Positions 29,292-39,247 of a stretch of 64,000 nucleotides of DNA are shown piece by piece. Origin of the DNA: Candidatus Epulonipiscioides saccharophilum (GTDB lineage: Bacteria > Bacillota > Clostridia > Lachnospirales > Cellulosilyticaceae); NCBI GenBank assembly GCA_002007295.1, contig LNZM01000156.1, forward strand, positions 11,730 through 75,729. The letters run 5' to 3'. The notes under the pieces are model-generated. The model made no database searches and was not told where the DNA came from. It worked only from the letters and a program-made list of their open reading frames with translations. Both the position numbers and the translations under genes were made by a program. Numbering within the stretch: position 1 is the stretch's first letter; the number at the start of each line of letters is the position of its first letter.

Positions 29292-32204
29292 TTATTCTTC
29301 GGATTCTTTTATTACGTCCAAAATTTTATTCATATCCGTTACATATGCTAACCCATTAAACCTCGGCCCATTTTCAAAAGAAAAAATACTTCTCGCTGCT
29401 ACCCCATCATCTCCTAATAACCTACTATAAGGATTGATTTTTATTGTCGTTTTTTTAGACTGCTTTTCATATTTCGCATAATGGTGTAACATTAAAGCAG
29501 TTACTAAACTATCCTTTAATGCTCCATTCTCTACTAATCCCTTCAAAATTATATTGTTAATATCTTCATTTTTATAAATATTAGTAATGGTTGAGTATGA
29601 CATTACTTTTCTATATATTTTCCCTTTTTCAGATCGGCCTCCTACTATTTGCCCCGAATATATATTAAAAACTCCAGATAATTTTTTATTTTCGTTTTTG
29701 ATGTGTTGATCTATTTCTTGTGTATCCTTCATATGAAGAGCTGTTTCCAAAAAACCACTGCTATGATCAATAACTCTAAACTGTTCAAAATAAAGTGGAT
29801 ACATTCTTAAGTCGCTGTGAAGTTTAAAAACCTTCTCTAAAACATCTTCGTTCATAAAAAACATATTTTCAACTTTTTTTGTTAAGTTAACTTTACTTGT
29901 AAATGGTTTCTGTGCTATATAAATAATATCTTTATATCCTAAATCATACAGTTCATCAATAGTTTTTGTTACAATATCAGGTTTATAAAATACGTCTGTT
30001 CCGTCATAATAATCTTGAAAAGTTTTAAAAGTATCGTAAATTATACAATTATCGCTTATTTTTGTTAATAATACTACTTCTCCTAAAAGTACTTTGGTTC
30101 CACGTTCTCTATCCGCAAAGCTACTATCTGTTTGTCTACTAGTTACTATAATAATAGCTGTCTGATCCAATATACTTGTAGTATCAAATATAAAATTCTT
30201 TGGAACATTAGCATACATAGATGACAAAGCGTTGTTATAAACAAAGTCTCCACTATTATCAATATTAAAACCTTGTGAGGCTGCGTGATATTCGTTATTT
30301 AATCCATGCTCAAATATTTTTACTACATTTCTTACATGACTCCCTACTTCTTCTGGAAAAATATTACGATGTATTCTCATTAAATTGATGTATATGAGCT
30401 TGTTCCGTTCTGTCTTAGGTAAGCATTTACATAATATTGTATTCAATAAGGTTAAATAAGATATTTGGTAAATTCGATCATTTACCATTTTAGGATTAAT
30501 TGTATAAGGAATTTTAATATTAAAATAACCTTGTAAATTTTTTTCAATTATCGTTAAACTATTTCTATCTTCATAATTTGTTTGGCTAGGATAAAAAATT
30601 ATCGGTAATATATTTAAGCTTAGCTTATTATAATCGATTGTTAGTTGATCAATATCCGAAGTTTCATACATAGCTTTACTTTTGATATTAATTTTAATTG
30701 GTAATTTTAATAATATCTGTGCTACATTTTCATTTATGGTTAATTGATCTAAATTTTTTTCATGTATAACACTTATATTTTGCAAATACTCTGTAAAATG
30801 CTTTACTGGTCGTAAAAAACTATGTGAATCTAGATTTGGAGCCAGAACATTTTTAAATAAAAATAATTCTCGATCAAAATCTTTGTCTTGAATCGCCATA
30901 TCTGTTAATCTATATCGAACTACACTTAAAAATATATTTTCAATTGACTGAATATTTCTATCACCGGATCCAGTGCCATTAGCATTAAAATAATGGTCAA
31001 AGACTTTTATTATTTGATCAAATCTCTTTAATTCCAGTAATCTTTTAAGTCCTAAATCGTCATCTCTTTCCCAAGTTAAAACCGGGTCATAATTGGGATT
31101 TTCTAATTCAAATAGTAAAAATGAAAATAAAAATATCTTTCTAATTGCTTTGTCAAATTTCGACTCACGTAAATCTTCTTCTAAACTATCCAAATGATAT
31201 CTGTAAGATGCCTTTTGATCTTCGGCTTGTACATTACCATTAAGTTTCATACTCAAGACTCTTTTAAAAGTTTGCGTTTTGTCTGTTTTGTCTTTTGATA
31301 AAATACCATCAACTTTTCCGATAAAAGGCATCATATCAAAAATATTACTTTGGGAAAATATATTGCTTATATTTTTTTCAAATGTTCCGATAACAATTGT
31401 TTTATCTTGTTCTCTTTTAAACGAAAGTTTAGCTAAATATTGTTCTACAAGACTAAATCTGGTTATATAACATTTAGTTAAAATATAGTCTCTAGAGTTT
31501 TTATTTTTATAGTTTAATAACAAATAATACATATACATAATAGAAATAGATCTACTAATACAGGCTAAAGACTTATTTTCTAACATATCTATTAGCCCTT
31601 CTAATCCACCCTGTAAGTTTAAAGCTTTGGTTATTTGAATATCTTGATCATCTTCATCTAGTTCTTCCTTAATAAGCTCGATTACACTATCTACTAAAAA
31701 TTTAGCGTCATTTTCTGTATTAATCTCAATTTCTACATAATCCATTCTTAAGCGTTCCATTTGGTTAGGTTGATTTGGGTTAAAAGAAATACGCCTTTTA
31801 TTAACAGTATGACTATTAAAGTTATAATCCATGCCGAAATTTATTTTTTCGTTAGGTCTTGACTTTAAAGAATAAATGTCAGTCAGCAAATTCGAGTCTA
31901 TTTCTGGACAATTAAGTTTTTCGCTTATCATTTTTATATACTCTGCAAAAGTAGCATAATCTTTATGTTCTAACGTCGCAAAATCGGGTGCTTTATACAT
32001 ATCAATCTCCAAAGTGTTAAGAGCAGAAGATCGTTTAAAGTGATTAGCAATACTTTCACAAATATCGGAAAGATTAGATATTTTTAAATTTGTGCTTGTT
32101 TGTTTAATTTGGAGCTTATCTATGGCTGAGTTTAAAAGTTTAGTTAAAACAGGTATGTAGTTTACCTTGGATAAGAAATCCATATTATCTCGTAATATAT
32201 TCAT
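29292..32204 (-). CDS. 970-aa uncharacterised protein; C-terminal half resembles an inactive MID-PIWI module
   Basis: Long uninterrupted ORF with an AGGA-containing RBS; fold call is inferred from motif order only. Confidence 0.85.
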   Translation of the reverse strand: MNILRDNMDFLSKVNYIPVLTKLLNSAIDKLQIKQTSTNLKISNLSDICESIANHFKRSSALNTLEIDMYKAPDFATLEHKDYATFAEYIKMISEKLNCPEIDSNLLTDIYSLKSRPNEKINFGMDYNFNSHTVNKRRISFNPNQPNQMERLRMDYVEIEINTENDAKFLVDSVIELIKEELDEDDQDIQITKALNLQGGLEGLIDMLENKSLACISRSISIMYMYYLLLNYKNKNSRDYILTKCYITRFSLVEQYLAKLSFKREQDKTIVIGTFEKNISNIFSQSNIFDMMPFIGKVDGILSKDKTDKTQTFKRVLSMKLNGNVQAEDQKASYRYHLDSLEEDLRESKFDKAIRKIFLFSFLLFELENPNYDPVLTWERDDDLGLKRLLELKRFDQIIKVFDHYFNANGTGSGDRNIQSIENIFLSVVRYRLTDMAIQDKDFDRELFLFKNVLAPNLDSHSFLRPVKHFTEYLQNISVIHEKNLDQLTINENVAQILLKLPIKINIKSKAMYETSDIDQLTIDYNKLSLNILPIIFYPSQTNYEDRNSLTIIEKNLQGYFNIKIPYTINPKMVNDRIYQISYLTLLNTILCKCLPKTERNKLIYINLMRIHRNIFPEEVGSHVRNVVKIFEHGLNNEYHAASQGFNIDNSGDFVYNNALSSMYANVPKNFIFDTTSILDQTAIIIVTSRQTDSSFADRERGTKVLLGEVVLLTKISDNCIIYDTFKTFQDYYDGTDVFYKPDIVTKTIDELYDLGYKDIIYIAQKPFTSKVNLTKKVENMFFMNEDVLEKVFKLHSDLRMYPLYFEQFRVIDHSSGFLETALHMKDTQEIDQHIKNENKKLSGVFNIYSGQIVGGRSEKGKIYRKVMSYSTITNIYKNEDINNIILKGLVENGALKDSLVTALMLHHYAKYEKQSKKTTIKINPYSRLLGDDGVAARSIFSFENGPRFNGLAYVTDMNKILDVIKESEE

Positions 32205-32473
32205 AGTTCAGTTTAATCCTCTTTTAGTTTTTCAGTATTAATTATACAACGAGGATATAGATTGTTATATCCTCGTTTAAAATTTTAATTGTGTAAAATT
32301 CTTTAGATATTGGTGTTACGCCTCTGTCAGCGATGTCGAAGCGTAATCAAATACATTATTGACACAAAATTAGAATTTTAATCATTTCTCGAAAAATTTT
32401 TTTTATTGCTTCTGCTGAAAGCTTTCTGGTTCATCCATTAGGTAGCATTAAGATATCATAATTTTATGCTATT

Positions 32474-32548
32474 TTATCTTCTAAGGATTTTCTCCATTGA
32501 CTTTCCTTTAGCAAGTTCATCAACAAGTTTATCTAAATATCGCATTTC
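32474..32548 (-). pseudogene. DUF2200-like C-terminal fragment
   Basis: EMRYLDKLVDELAKGKSMEKILRR* with no intact upstream frame. Confidence 0.7.
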
Positions 32549-32700
32549 TTTTTACAACAAATTTCACTTCTTTATTGCTTCTGTATAAATATTTCCGGCC
32601 CTTTTCTTTATTCCAACAATTTAGTATTTTATAACATTTTTCATTTTAATATGTTATAATGGACAAGCAAAGTACGAATTATAAATTATATAGGCATACG

Positions 32701-32819
32701 TATAAAATGAAAAATTCTATCGCCTACGAAAAATCACGTTATAAATTTAGACGTAAATAAAAATTATAAAATGAAAAATGCTACTACATACGAAAAATCA
32801 CGTTATAAACTTAAACGTA
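32701..32819. repeat. Intergenic 64-bp-period tandem duplication
   Basis: 32701-32755 versus 32765-32819, ungapped, shared TACGAAAAATCACGTTATAAA. Confidence 0.85.
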
Positions 32820-33034
32820 CGAAAAGTAATAAAGTTATAATATAAAAAATCCAATTTGACTCAACCTATTTTATCTCTATAGAATGAATCATCAGTTTTT
32901 AAGAATTTGGATATAATTTCAAAACAAATTTCATTTTTTTATTGGAACTAGATTAGACCTTGATATTTTGTTGTCTTTTAATTAAAATATTTTATGCAAC
33001 TAGAAGTGTTTTTTAGTCTGAAATAAAAATACAA

Positions 33035-33877
33035 TTGAGGAAAGAAGTTGATAAATTGTTAAAAAAAACGCTTAAAAAAGTCAAAGAGGTTTGTCCATTA
33101 ATTCACAACATTACAAACTATGTAACAGTTAATGATTGCGCAAATATTTTACTAGCTTGCGGTGCCTCACCTATCATGGCTGATGACATAGCAGAAGTGG
33201 AAGAAATTACTAGCATTTGCGGAGGTTTAACTATTAACATTGGAACATTAAATGAAAGAACTATAGAGTCCATGATATTAGCTGGCCGAAAAAGCAATTT
33301 ACTAAATCATTCTGTAGTCTTAGATCCGGTTGGAGTAGGAGCATCTAAATTTCGAACAAACACGGTAGAAAAATTATTGAAAGAAATTCAATTTACAGCA
33401 ATCCATGGAAATGTTTCTGAATTAAAGGCTTTAGCCATTGGATCTTCTAGTACCACCGGCGTGGATGCAAATATTAATGATAAAATCACCCAATCCAACA
33501 TTCAAGAAGTAGTACAACTGGCAAAAAATTTTTCTAAAGAATCCCAAGCTATCATTATTGTTACAGGAGCAATCGACATTGTATGCGATGCTAATCAAGC
33601 ATATATTATTAAAAACGGTCATCCAATGATGAGTAAAGTTTCCGGAACAGGTTGCATGTTATCAACCATGATCACAGCCTATTTAACAGCAAATCCAGAT
33701 GACAAACTTTTAGCAAGCGCAACCGCTGTTATCTTAATGGGATTGGCTGGCGAATTAGCCTTTAATAGATTATCAGAATATGAAGGAAACCTGACTTATA
33801 GGGATTTAATAATAGATGAAATCTACAATATGGATGGTAATATTTTAGAGCAAAAAGCTAAATATAAAATATGCTAA
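33035..33877 (+). CDS. thiM: Hydroxyethylthiazole kinase
   Basis: PLIHNITNYVTVNDCAN, VLDPVGVG, GTGCMLS; start may be TTG 33056. Confidence 0.95.
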   Translation: MRKEVDKLLKKTLKKVKEVCPLIHNITNYVTVNDCANILLACGASPIMADDIAEVEEITSICGGLTINIGTLNERTIESMILAGRKSNLLNHSVVLDPVGVGASKFRTNTVEKLLKEIQFTAIHGNVSELKALAIGSSSTTGVDANINDKITQSNIQEVVQLAKNFSKESQAIIIVTGAIDIVCDANQAYIIKNGHPMMSKVSGTGCMLSTMITAYLTANPDDKLLASATAVILMGLAGELAFNRLSEYEGNLTYRDLIIDEIYNMDGNILEQKAKYKIC

Positions 33878-34268
33878 GAATATAAAATAAATCTGACTTC
33901 CTAGAGACTTAATAATAGATTACATTTACAATATGGATGGTAATATTTTGGAGCAAAGAGCTAAATATGAAATATGCTAAGAATATAAAATAAATCTGAT
34001 TTCCTAGAGATTTAATAATAGATGAAATTTACAATATGGATGATAATATTTTGGAGCAAAAAGCTAAATATGAACTATGCTAAAAATATAAAATGAATCT
34101 GACTTCCTAGAGACTCCATAATAGATGACATTTATAATATGAATGGTACTATTTTGGAGTAAAGAGCTAAATATGAAATGTGCTAATAATATAAAAATAA
34201 TAGATGAAATTTAAAATATAAATGGTACTGTTTTGAAGAAAGGAGCTAAATATGAAATGTGCTAATAA
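33791..34268 (+). repeat. About five tandem ~103-bp copies of the thiM 3' end / thiE start junction
   Basis: Units at 33791, 33893, 33996, 34099 and a partial unit at about 34196. Confidence 0.95.
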
Positions 34269-35679
34269 AATGATGAGATTATACGCCGTTACCGATAGAG
34301 CTTGGGCATCATCCGAAAATCCCTTAATTAGACAAGTAGAACAAGCGTTAGAAGGCGGGATCACATGTTTACAGCTACGAGAAAAAAATTATTCTAATCT
34401 TGACAAAAAGGATATCATTATCATACAAGATTTATGTTCCAAATATAATGTACCATTTATAATAAACGACAGTTTATCCATTATGCTAGAATACCAAGCA
34501 GCCGGTATCCACATTGGACAAAACGATTTACCCGCATCAGAAGTTCGTAGCATAATAGGCTCTAACAAAATTTTAGGAGTAACTGTTCATTCCGTAGACC
34601 AGGCCAAAAAAGCCGAAGAAGATGGTGCCGACTATCTTGGGGTTGGCGCAATCTTTTCGACTACTACAAAATCAGACGTTAATTTAATTCCAGAAGAAGT
34701 CATCCAGCAAATAACTTCTATCGTAAACATTCCGGTCGTCGCTATAGGTGGTATCACTCTCGAAAATATTTATAAATTGAAACCTCTAAATATAGATGGT
34801 GTCGCCATTGTCTCAGCTATATTTTCAAGCAACAACATTAAAAATACATGCCAAAAATTATTGAAAAAATCCGAAAAAATTGCCAGAAAACCAACGGTAC
34901 TAACCATAGCTGGATCGGATTGCAGTGGTGGGGCTGGTATTCAGGCCGACCTTAAAACATTCGCAGCAAATAAGGTTTACGGAATGAGTATTATTACCGC
35001 CTTAACAGCGCAAAACACAACTGGCGTTTACGGAATATTTGATATAACACCCGAGTTTATAGGCCAACAATTCGATAGCGTTTTTACAGATATTTACCCC
35101 AATGCTATAAAAATCGGCATGGTCTCAAACGTTGAAACTATAAATATGATAGTCTCTAAAATTAATCAATATAAACCCAAAAATTTAGTCATAGACCCTG
35201 TTATGGTTTCCACTAGTGGCCATAAATTATTATCCGATGGAGCTGAAACAGAATTAATAGAAAAACTTTTACCATGTGCTACTGTGATAACACCAAATAT
35301 TCCAGAAAGTGAAATATTGTGGAATAAATCTATCAATACAAAAGACGACATGATGGAGGCTGCCGAATATATCGCCAACAAAATCGGTACAGCTGTCCTA
35401 GTTAAAGGCGGTCACCTAATAAATGATGCCATGGATTTCCTTTTTTCAAACGGCATCGGTACTTGGTACACATCCGAAAAAATAAATACTGAAAATACTC
35501 ATGGTACCGGATGTACTCTCTCATCAGCCATCGCTGCTAACCTAGCTAAAGGTTATAGCTTAGAAAAAAGTATAACTCGTGCTAAATTATACTTGGTCGG
35601 CGCTTTAAAAGCTGATTTAAATCTTGGCCGAGGTAGTGGCCCTCTCGATCATGTTTATAATGTTAACGAAATTAAATAA
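34252..35679 (+). CDS. thiDE: Bifunctional ThiE-ThiD (thiamine-phosphate synthase / HMP-P kinase) fusion
   Basis: N-half LYAVTDR, LQLREK, IHIGQND, VAIGGI; C-half AGSDCSGGAGIQAD, DPVMVSTSG, THGTGCTLS. Confidence 0.93.
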   Translation: MKCANKMMRLYAVTDRAWASSENPLIRQVEQALEGGITCLQLREKNYSNLDKKDIIIIQDLCSKYNVPFIINDSLSIMLEYQAAGIHIGQNDLPASEVRSIIGSNKILGVTVHSVDQAKKAEEDGADYLGVGAIFSTTTKSDVNLIPEEVIQQITSIVNIPVVAIGGITLENIYKLKPLNIDGVAIVSAIFSSNNIKNTCQKLLKKSEKIARKPTVLTIAGSDCSGGAGIQADLKTFAANKVYGMSIITALTAQNTTGVYGIFDITPEFIGQQFDSVFTDIYPNAIKIGMVSNVETINMIVSKINQYKPKNLVIDPVMVSTSGHKLLSDGAETELIEKLLPCATVITPNIPESEILWNKSINTKDDMMEAAEYIANKIGTAVLVKGGHLINDAMDFLFSNGIGTWYTSEKINTENTHGTGCTLSSAIAANLAKGYSLEKSITRAKLYLVGALKADLNLGRGSGPLDHVYNVNEIK

Positions 35680-35719
35680 TGTATGAGGCTATCGCTCCGT
35701 AGATTCCATCACAGTAGAA

Positions 35720-35845
35720 ATAATATCTAAGTTGTTGACCTGATCCCCGCCGTGGCTCTCCGCCCAGCCTCTCCTTCTAGGAGAGGTATCAGATTTAGCT
35801 GACTGAGGGGTTCTTATGGAGTTGTCGCCCCGTAATTATCTTTTG
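35720..35845. repeat. REP-like palindromic element
   Basis: CCTCTCCTTCTAGGAGAGG hairpin; 35797-35834 matches 57791-57828 in reverse orientation with 1 mismatch in 38 nt. Confidence 0.8.
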
Positions 35846-35993
35846 TCGCAGCCTATATTCAATTTGTCATAATGATCGAGACTAATAAATTGTGTTCAAT
35901 TCATAATACATATGGTGGAATCAATTGCCTGGTATGCGATTTCTAAATTCGCAGTATAATATAAGTTATAATCCAATTAAGGAGGATTCTCTT

Positions 35994-37445
35994 ATGGAAC
36001 TGAAAATATTTGAATATACAACTAAAGCTTTAGAAAAGTTAGACGATTTGAAAATTGATTTAGAAATTGCTAGCAAAGAACTTGAACATTACTTTGCAAA
36101 CATTGTAAAAAATGAATGCACAGGTTATATAAATATCAGCTCCCGAGTTAAGTCTAGTGACAGTTTAAAGGAAAAAATCTTACGACATGATTTTTACAAT
36201 AAATATAGAACTATAGCTATTCTTTACGAAAATTTAGCAGATTTGATTGGTATTAGACTTGAATGTCGCTTTATCGAAGACGAGAAAGAAATTTACAGAT
36301 TATTAAAACGCTTTTTTATAAATGAACATGAAAGTTCTAACGGATATTTTTACAAACCCGGTCACAATGGCATTATTTTAGAATTAAAAAGTGTTCAGCC
36401 AAAAGATCAAAAAAACGGTTTAAAAATGTATAGAATAGATGGTAAATATTTATACAACGACCAAATCATTAATTTTGAAGTTCAAATTAAATCACTTGTT
36501 AATATTTTTTGGAGCGAGATTGAACATAACGTTATTTATAAAAACTATAACTATATGATAGCAGACAAATTCTACAAGGATATTTTATATTCTATTAAAA
36601 ACAGTCTTACAACTATTGATGGACAACTGTTACTAATATCTAATCATTTTAATCAGGGTAAGACTTTTAATCAAGATACTCGCCAAAACCAGTTAGAGCA
36701 GCTACTTTCCAAATCCATCTATGATTTATTTGCTGAACGCATGAAAAATGATATTGGATTGATTGTTGACTTTAGAAAATCCTGTGATACACTTGTAAAA
36801 TATGTTTTACGAGACATCAACATGAAAGCAGAAGAAACTTATAGGAATATATTGATGCAAGTCCTAAATCGACTAAGTGTAATAGATAATAACGAAATAA
36901 CATTTAATACAGAAATTCTTTTTGAGAGAAAAATAAATTTTCAGAAAGATAAATTCAAAATGCTCATCGGATCTCATATACAGAAAGTTCTTAATGAAGA
37001 ATTTCAGTGGAATCTTTTTTTCCGAATTTTATTTTATATAGAGCCTAGTGATAATGCGGGAGATTTCGAAAATTTCATTGAATATTATAAAATGAGATTA
37101 TATGATGAACTTTTTGTCCATTTTGATGCTCATTACATCGTAGAGGAATTACTTATTTCGTTTGCGCATACATTTATTCAGATTAACTCTATCCGGTTAC
37201 TATATGATGACACTATTGAAAAGATTAAAAATATTCTATGGAAAACTATTTCGGAAATCCAGGCTCAAAAAATAGATTCTCGCCAGCAATGGGATGGACA
37301 AAAATCCATTTTACTCAAACTTTTATCCTACAGAATATTGGATCTTTTTAATGTAGATATTCCGGCAGCCGACATTCTTAAATTTATGTATGAGTTAGAA
37401 ACTATAAAAATGAATTTACCGAAAAGTCTAATCAAATATATCTAA
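35994..37445 (+). CDS. RelA/SpoT-like nucleotidyltransferase domain protein with a long C-terminal region
   Basis: SRVKSSDSLKEK, DLIGIR, FEVQIKS..FWSEIEH; start ATG 35994 behind AAGGAGG. Confidence 0.8.
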   Translation: MELKIFEYTTKALEKLDDLKIDLEIASKELEHYFANIVKNECTGYINISSRVKSSDSLKEKILRHDFYNKYRTIAILYENLADLIGIRLECRFIEDEKEIYRLLKRFFINEHESSNGYFYKPGHNGIILELKSVQPKDQKNGLKMYRIDGKYLYNDQIINFEVQIKSLVNIFWSEIEHNVIYKNYNYMIADKFYKDILYSIKNSLTTIDGQLLLISNHFNQGKTFNQDTRQNQLEQLLSKSIYDLFAERMKNDIGLIVDFRKSCDTLVKYVLRDINMKAEETYRNILMQVLNRLSVIDNNEITFNTEILFERKINFQKDKFKMLIGSHIQKVLNEEFQWNLFFRILFYIEPSDNAGDFENFIEYYKMRLYDELFVHFDAHYIVEELLISFAHTFIQINSIRLLYDDTIEKIKNILWKTISEIQAQKIDSRQQWDGQKSILLKLLSYRILDLFNVDIPAADILKFMYELETIKMNLPKSLIKYI

Positions 37446-37499
37446 AAAAAATAGAGGGATAACATTTTATCTCTCTAATCGTTTTTTATTTAAGACTGC

Positions 37500-38570
37500 T
37501 CATCTATTAATTGTTTCTTTTGGTTTTTTCCTAGTATGATTGGGTATAGTATGCATTTTGTTATTATAATAAAATAAGATGCCCATAATCATGAACACAG
37601 CTAAGACAAATCTTATATCGCTGAGCATCACGCCCATGGCGGACAAACCGAAGATCCCACTAACACCATATAGAGTAACAACAGCTTGCTTTTGGCTATA
37701 TCCTTTATCCATTAATCTATGATGTAGATGCCCTCTGTCTGGTGACATTATCGGACGACCACTAAGTATTCTCCTTATGATAGCAAATGACGTATCAAAT
37801 ATTGGTAATCCGAGAACCAATATAGCTACGCATACAGTACCTATGGTGTAACTTTTTAATAATCCTAATATAGAAATAAGAGATAACATGTAGCCTAAAA
37901 AAGTTGATCCTGTATCGCCCATAAATATTGATGCTGGACTGAAGTTATATGGTAAAAACCCTAAGCATGATGCTGACAATATCACAGTTAAAATTACGGC
38001 CGTTGGGTGTCCACTATGAATTGATAAGATCATCAAGCACATCGATGCTATCGACGACACTCCGGCTGCCAGGCCATCCAACCCATCTATTAAATTTACA
38101 GCATTGGTAATTCCTACGATCCAGAATATTGTAACAGGTATCGACAGCCATTCTAAATTTAATAAATCATTAAAAGGTACTGATACAAATTGTATTCTTA
38201 TCCCAAAATAAACGGCTACCGTTGCTGCTAATATTTGTACTAATAATTTTATACTAGATTTTATCTCGTATATATCATCCAAAATTCCTAATATAGAAAT
38301 AATCAAACCACCTATTAATATTCCTATTGTATGTTTATCTTCTAAAAAATTCATATCTGGATCTAGCAAAATAAAAATTAATGTTATTGTAAACCCTAAT
38401 ACTATTGCTATACCACCTAATCGTGGAATCGGTACTTTATGCGTATCTCTATTTCTTGGATATGCTACAGCACCAAACTTTATGGCTATCTTTTTTGCTA
38501 TAGGTGTGCATATTAATGAAATACTAAAAGCCATAATAAATGCGGCTATATATAAGCCTATTTTATCCAT
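37500..38570 (-). CDS. tagO: Undecaprenyl-phosphate GlcNAc-1-phosphate transferase (TagO/WecA, GT4-MraY family)
   Basis: PRLGGIA, GILDD, NAVNLIDGLDGLA, FMGDTGS, DRGHLHHRL. Confidence 0.9.
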   Translation of the reverse strand: MDKIGLYIAAFIMAFSISLICTPIAKKIAIKFGAVAYPRNRDTHKVPIPRLGGIAIVLGFTITLIFILLDPDMNFLEDKHTIGILIGGLIISILGILDDIYEIKSSIKLLVQILAATVAVYFGIRIQFVSVPFNDLLNLEWLSIPVTIFWIVGITNAVNLIDGLDGLAAGVSSIASMCLMILSIHSGHPTAVILTVILSASCLGFLPYNFSPASIFMGDTGSTFLGYMLSLISILGLLKSYTIGTVCVAILVLGLPIFDTSFAIIRRILSGRPIMSPDRGHLHHRLMDKGYSQKQAVVTLYGVSGIFGLSAMGVMLSDIRFVLAVFMIMGILFYYNNKMHTIPNHTRKKPKETINR

Positions 38571-38783
38571 TCTTGTCCATCTCCTTATTATTTAAATACT
38601 TATCAGTTATCTTTATTTAATATGCTCTCTATGGTTAGACATATGTTATTGTTTCGTATAAATATTAATTTTGATAATAATTGGCCAAATTGTCTGAATA
38701 ATCTCTTTAAACAAATATATATAATTTCAGTTGTCTTTAATTAATATGCTCTCTATTTTTAAAAATATGCTAGATTTTAGTGC

Positions 38784-39247
38784 TCGGCTACTTCCAAATT
38801 GTTCCACGCAGATGTTAGCTTTCTCCAAATTGTTCTACACAAATATTAGTTTTCTCTAAATTATTTTACGCAAATATTAGCTGACTATAAATTGTTTTAC
38901 GCCAATATTAGCTGACTATAAATTGTTTTACGCAATATTAGATTTCTACAAGTTGTTCTACACAGATGTTAGCTGGCTACAAATTGTTCTACACAGATGT
39001 TAGCTAGCTACAAATTGTTCTACACAAATGTTAGCTGTCTACAAATTGTTCTACACAAATATTAGCTTTCTCCAAATTGTTCTACACAGATGTTAGCTGT
39101 CTACAAATTGTTCTACACAGATGTTAGCTGGCTACAAATTATTCTACACAAATATTAGCTGGCTACAAATTATTCTACACAGATGTTAACTGGCTACAAA
39201 TTGTTCTACACAAATATTAGCTTTCTCCAAATTGTTCTACACATATG
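38784..39247 (-). repeat. Array of about 15 x 31-bp units copying the last 31 nt of the dCMP deaminase gene
   Basis: Units start at 38815, 38846, 38877, 38908, 38938, 38969, 39000, 39031, 39062, 39093, 39124, 39155, 39186 and 39217 (the coding copy), plus a degenerate unit near 38784. Confidence 0.97.

Noticed and set aside
32640-33034. TPP riboswitch upstream of thiM
   Set aside because: No GGGG..CTGAGA or CTGATC..GCG.AGG motifs were found by eye; the region is AT-rich with a 64-bp duplication. An Rfam scan would confirm the absence.
34252-35679. ThiE-ThiD fusion as a novelty
   Set aside because: Such fusions are already known in bacteria; recorded only as a feature.
38604-38756. 29-bp direct repeat (offset 124) upstream of tagO as a transcription-factor site pair
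   Set aside because: Not palindromic and no recognisable operator; more simply another decayed local duplication.
38784-39247. CRISPR array (31-bp periodic repeat)
   Set aside because: Units are head-to-tail with no unique spacers, derive from the adjacent gene's 3' end, and no cas genes are in the window.
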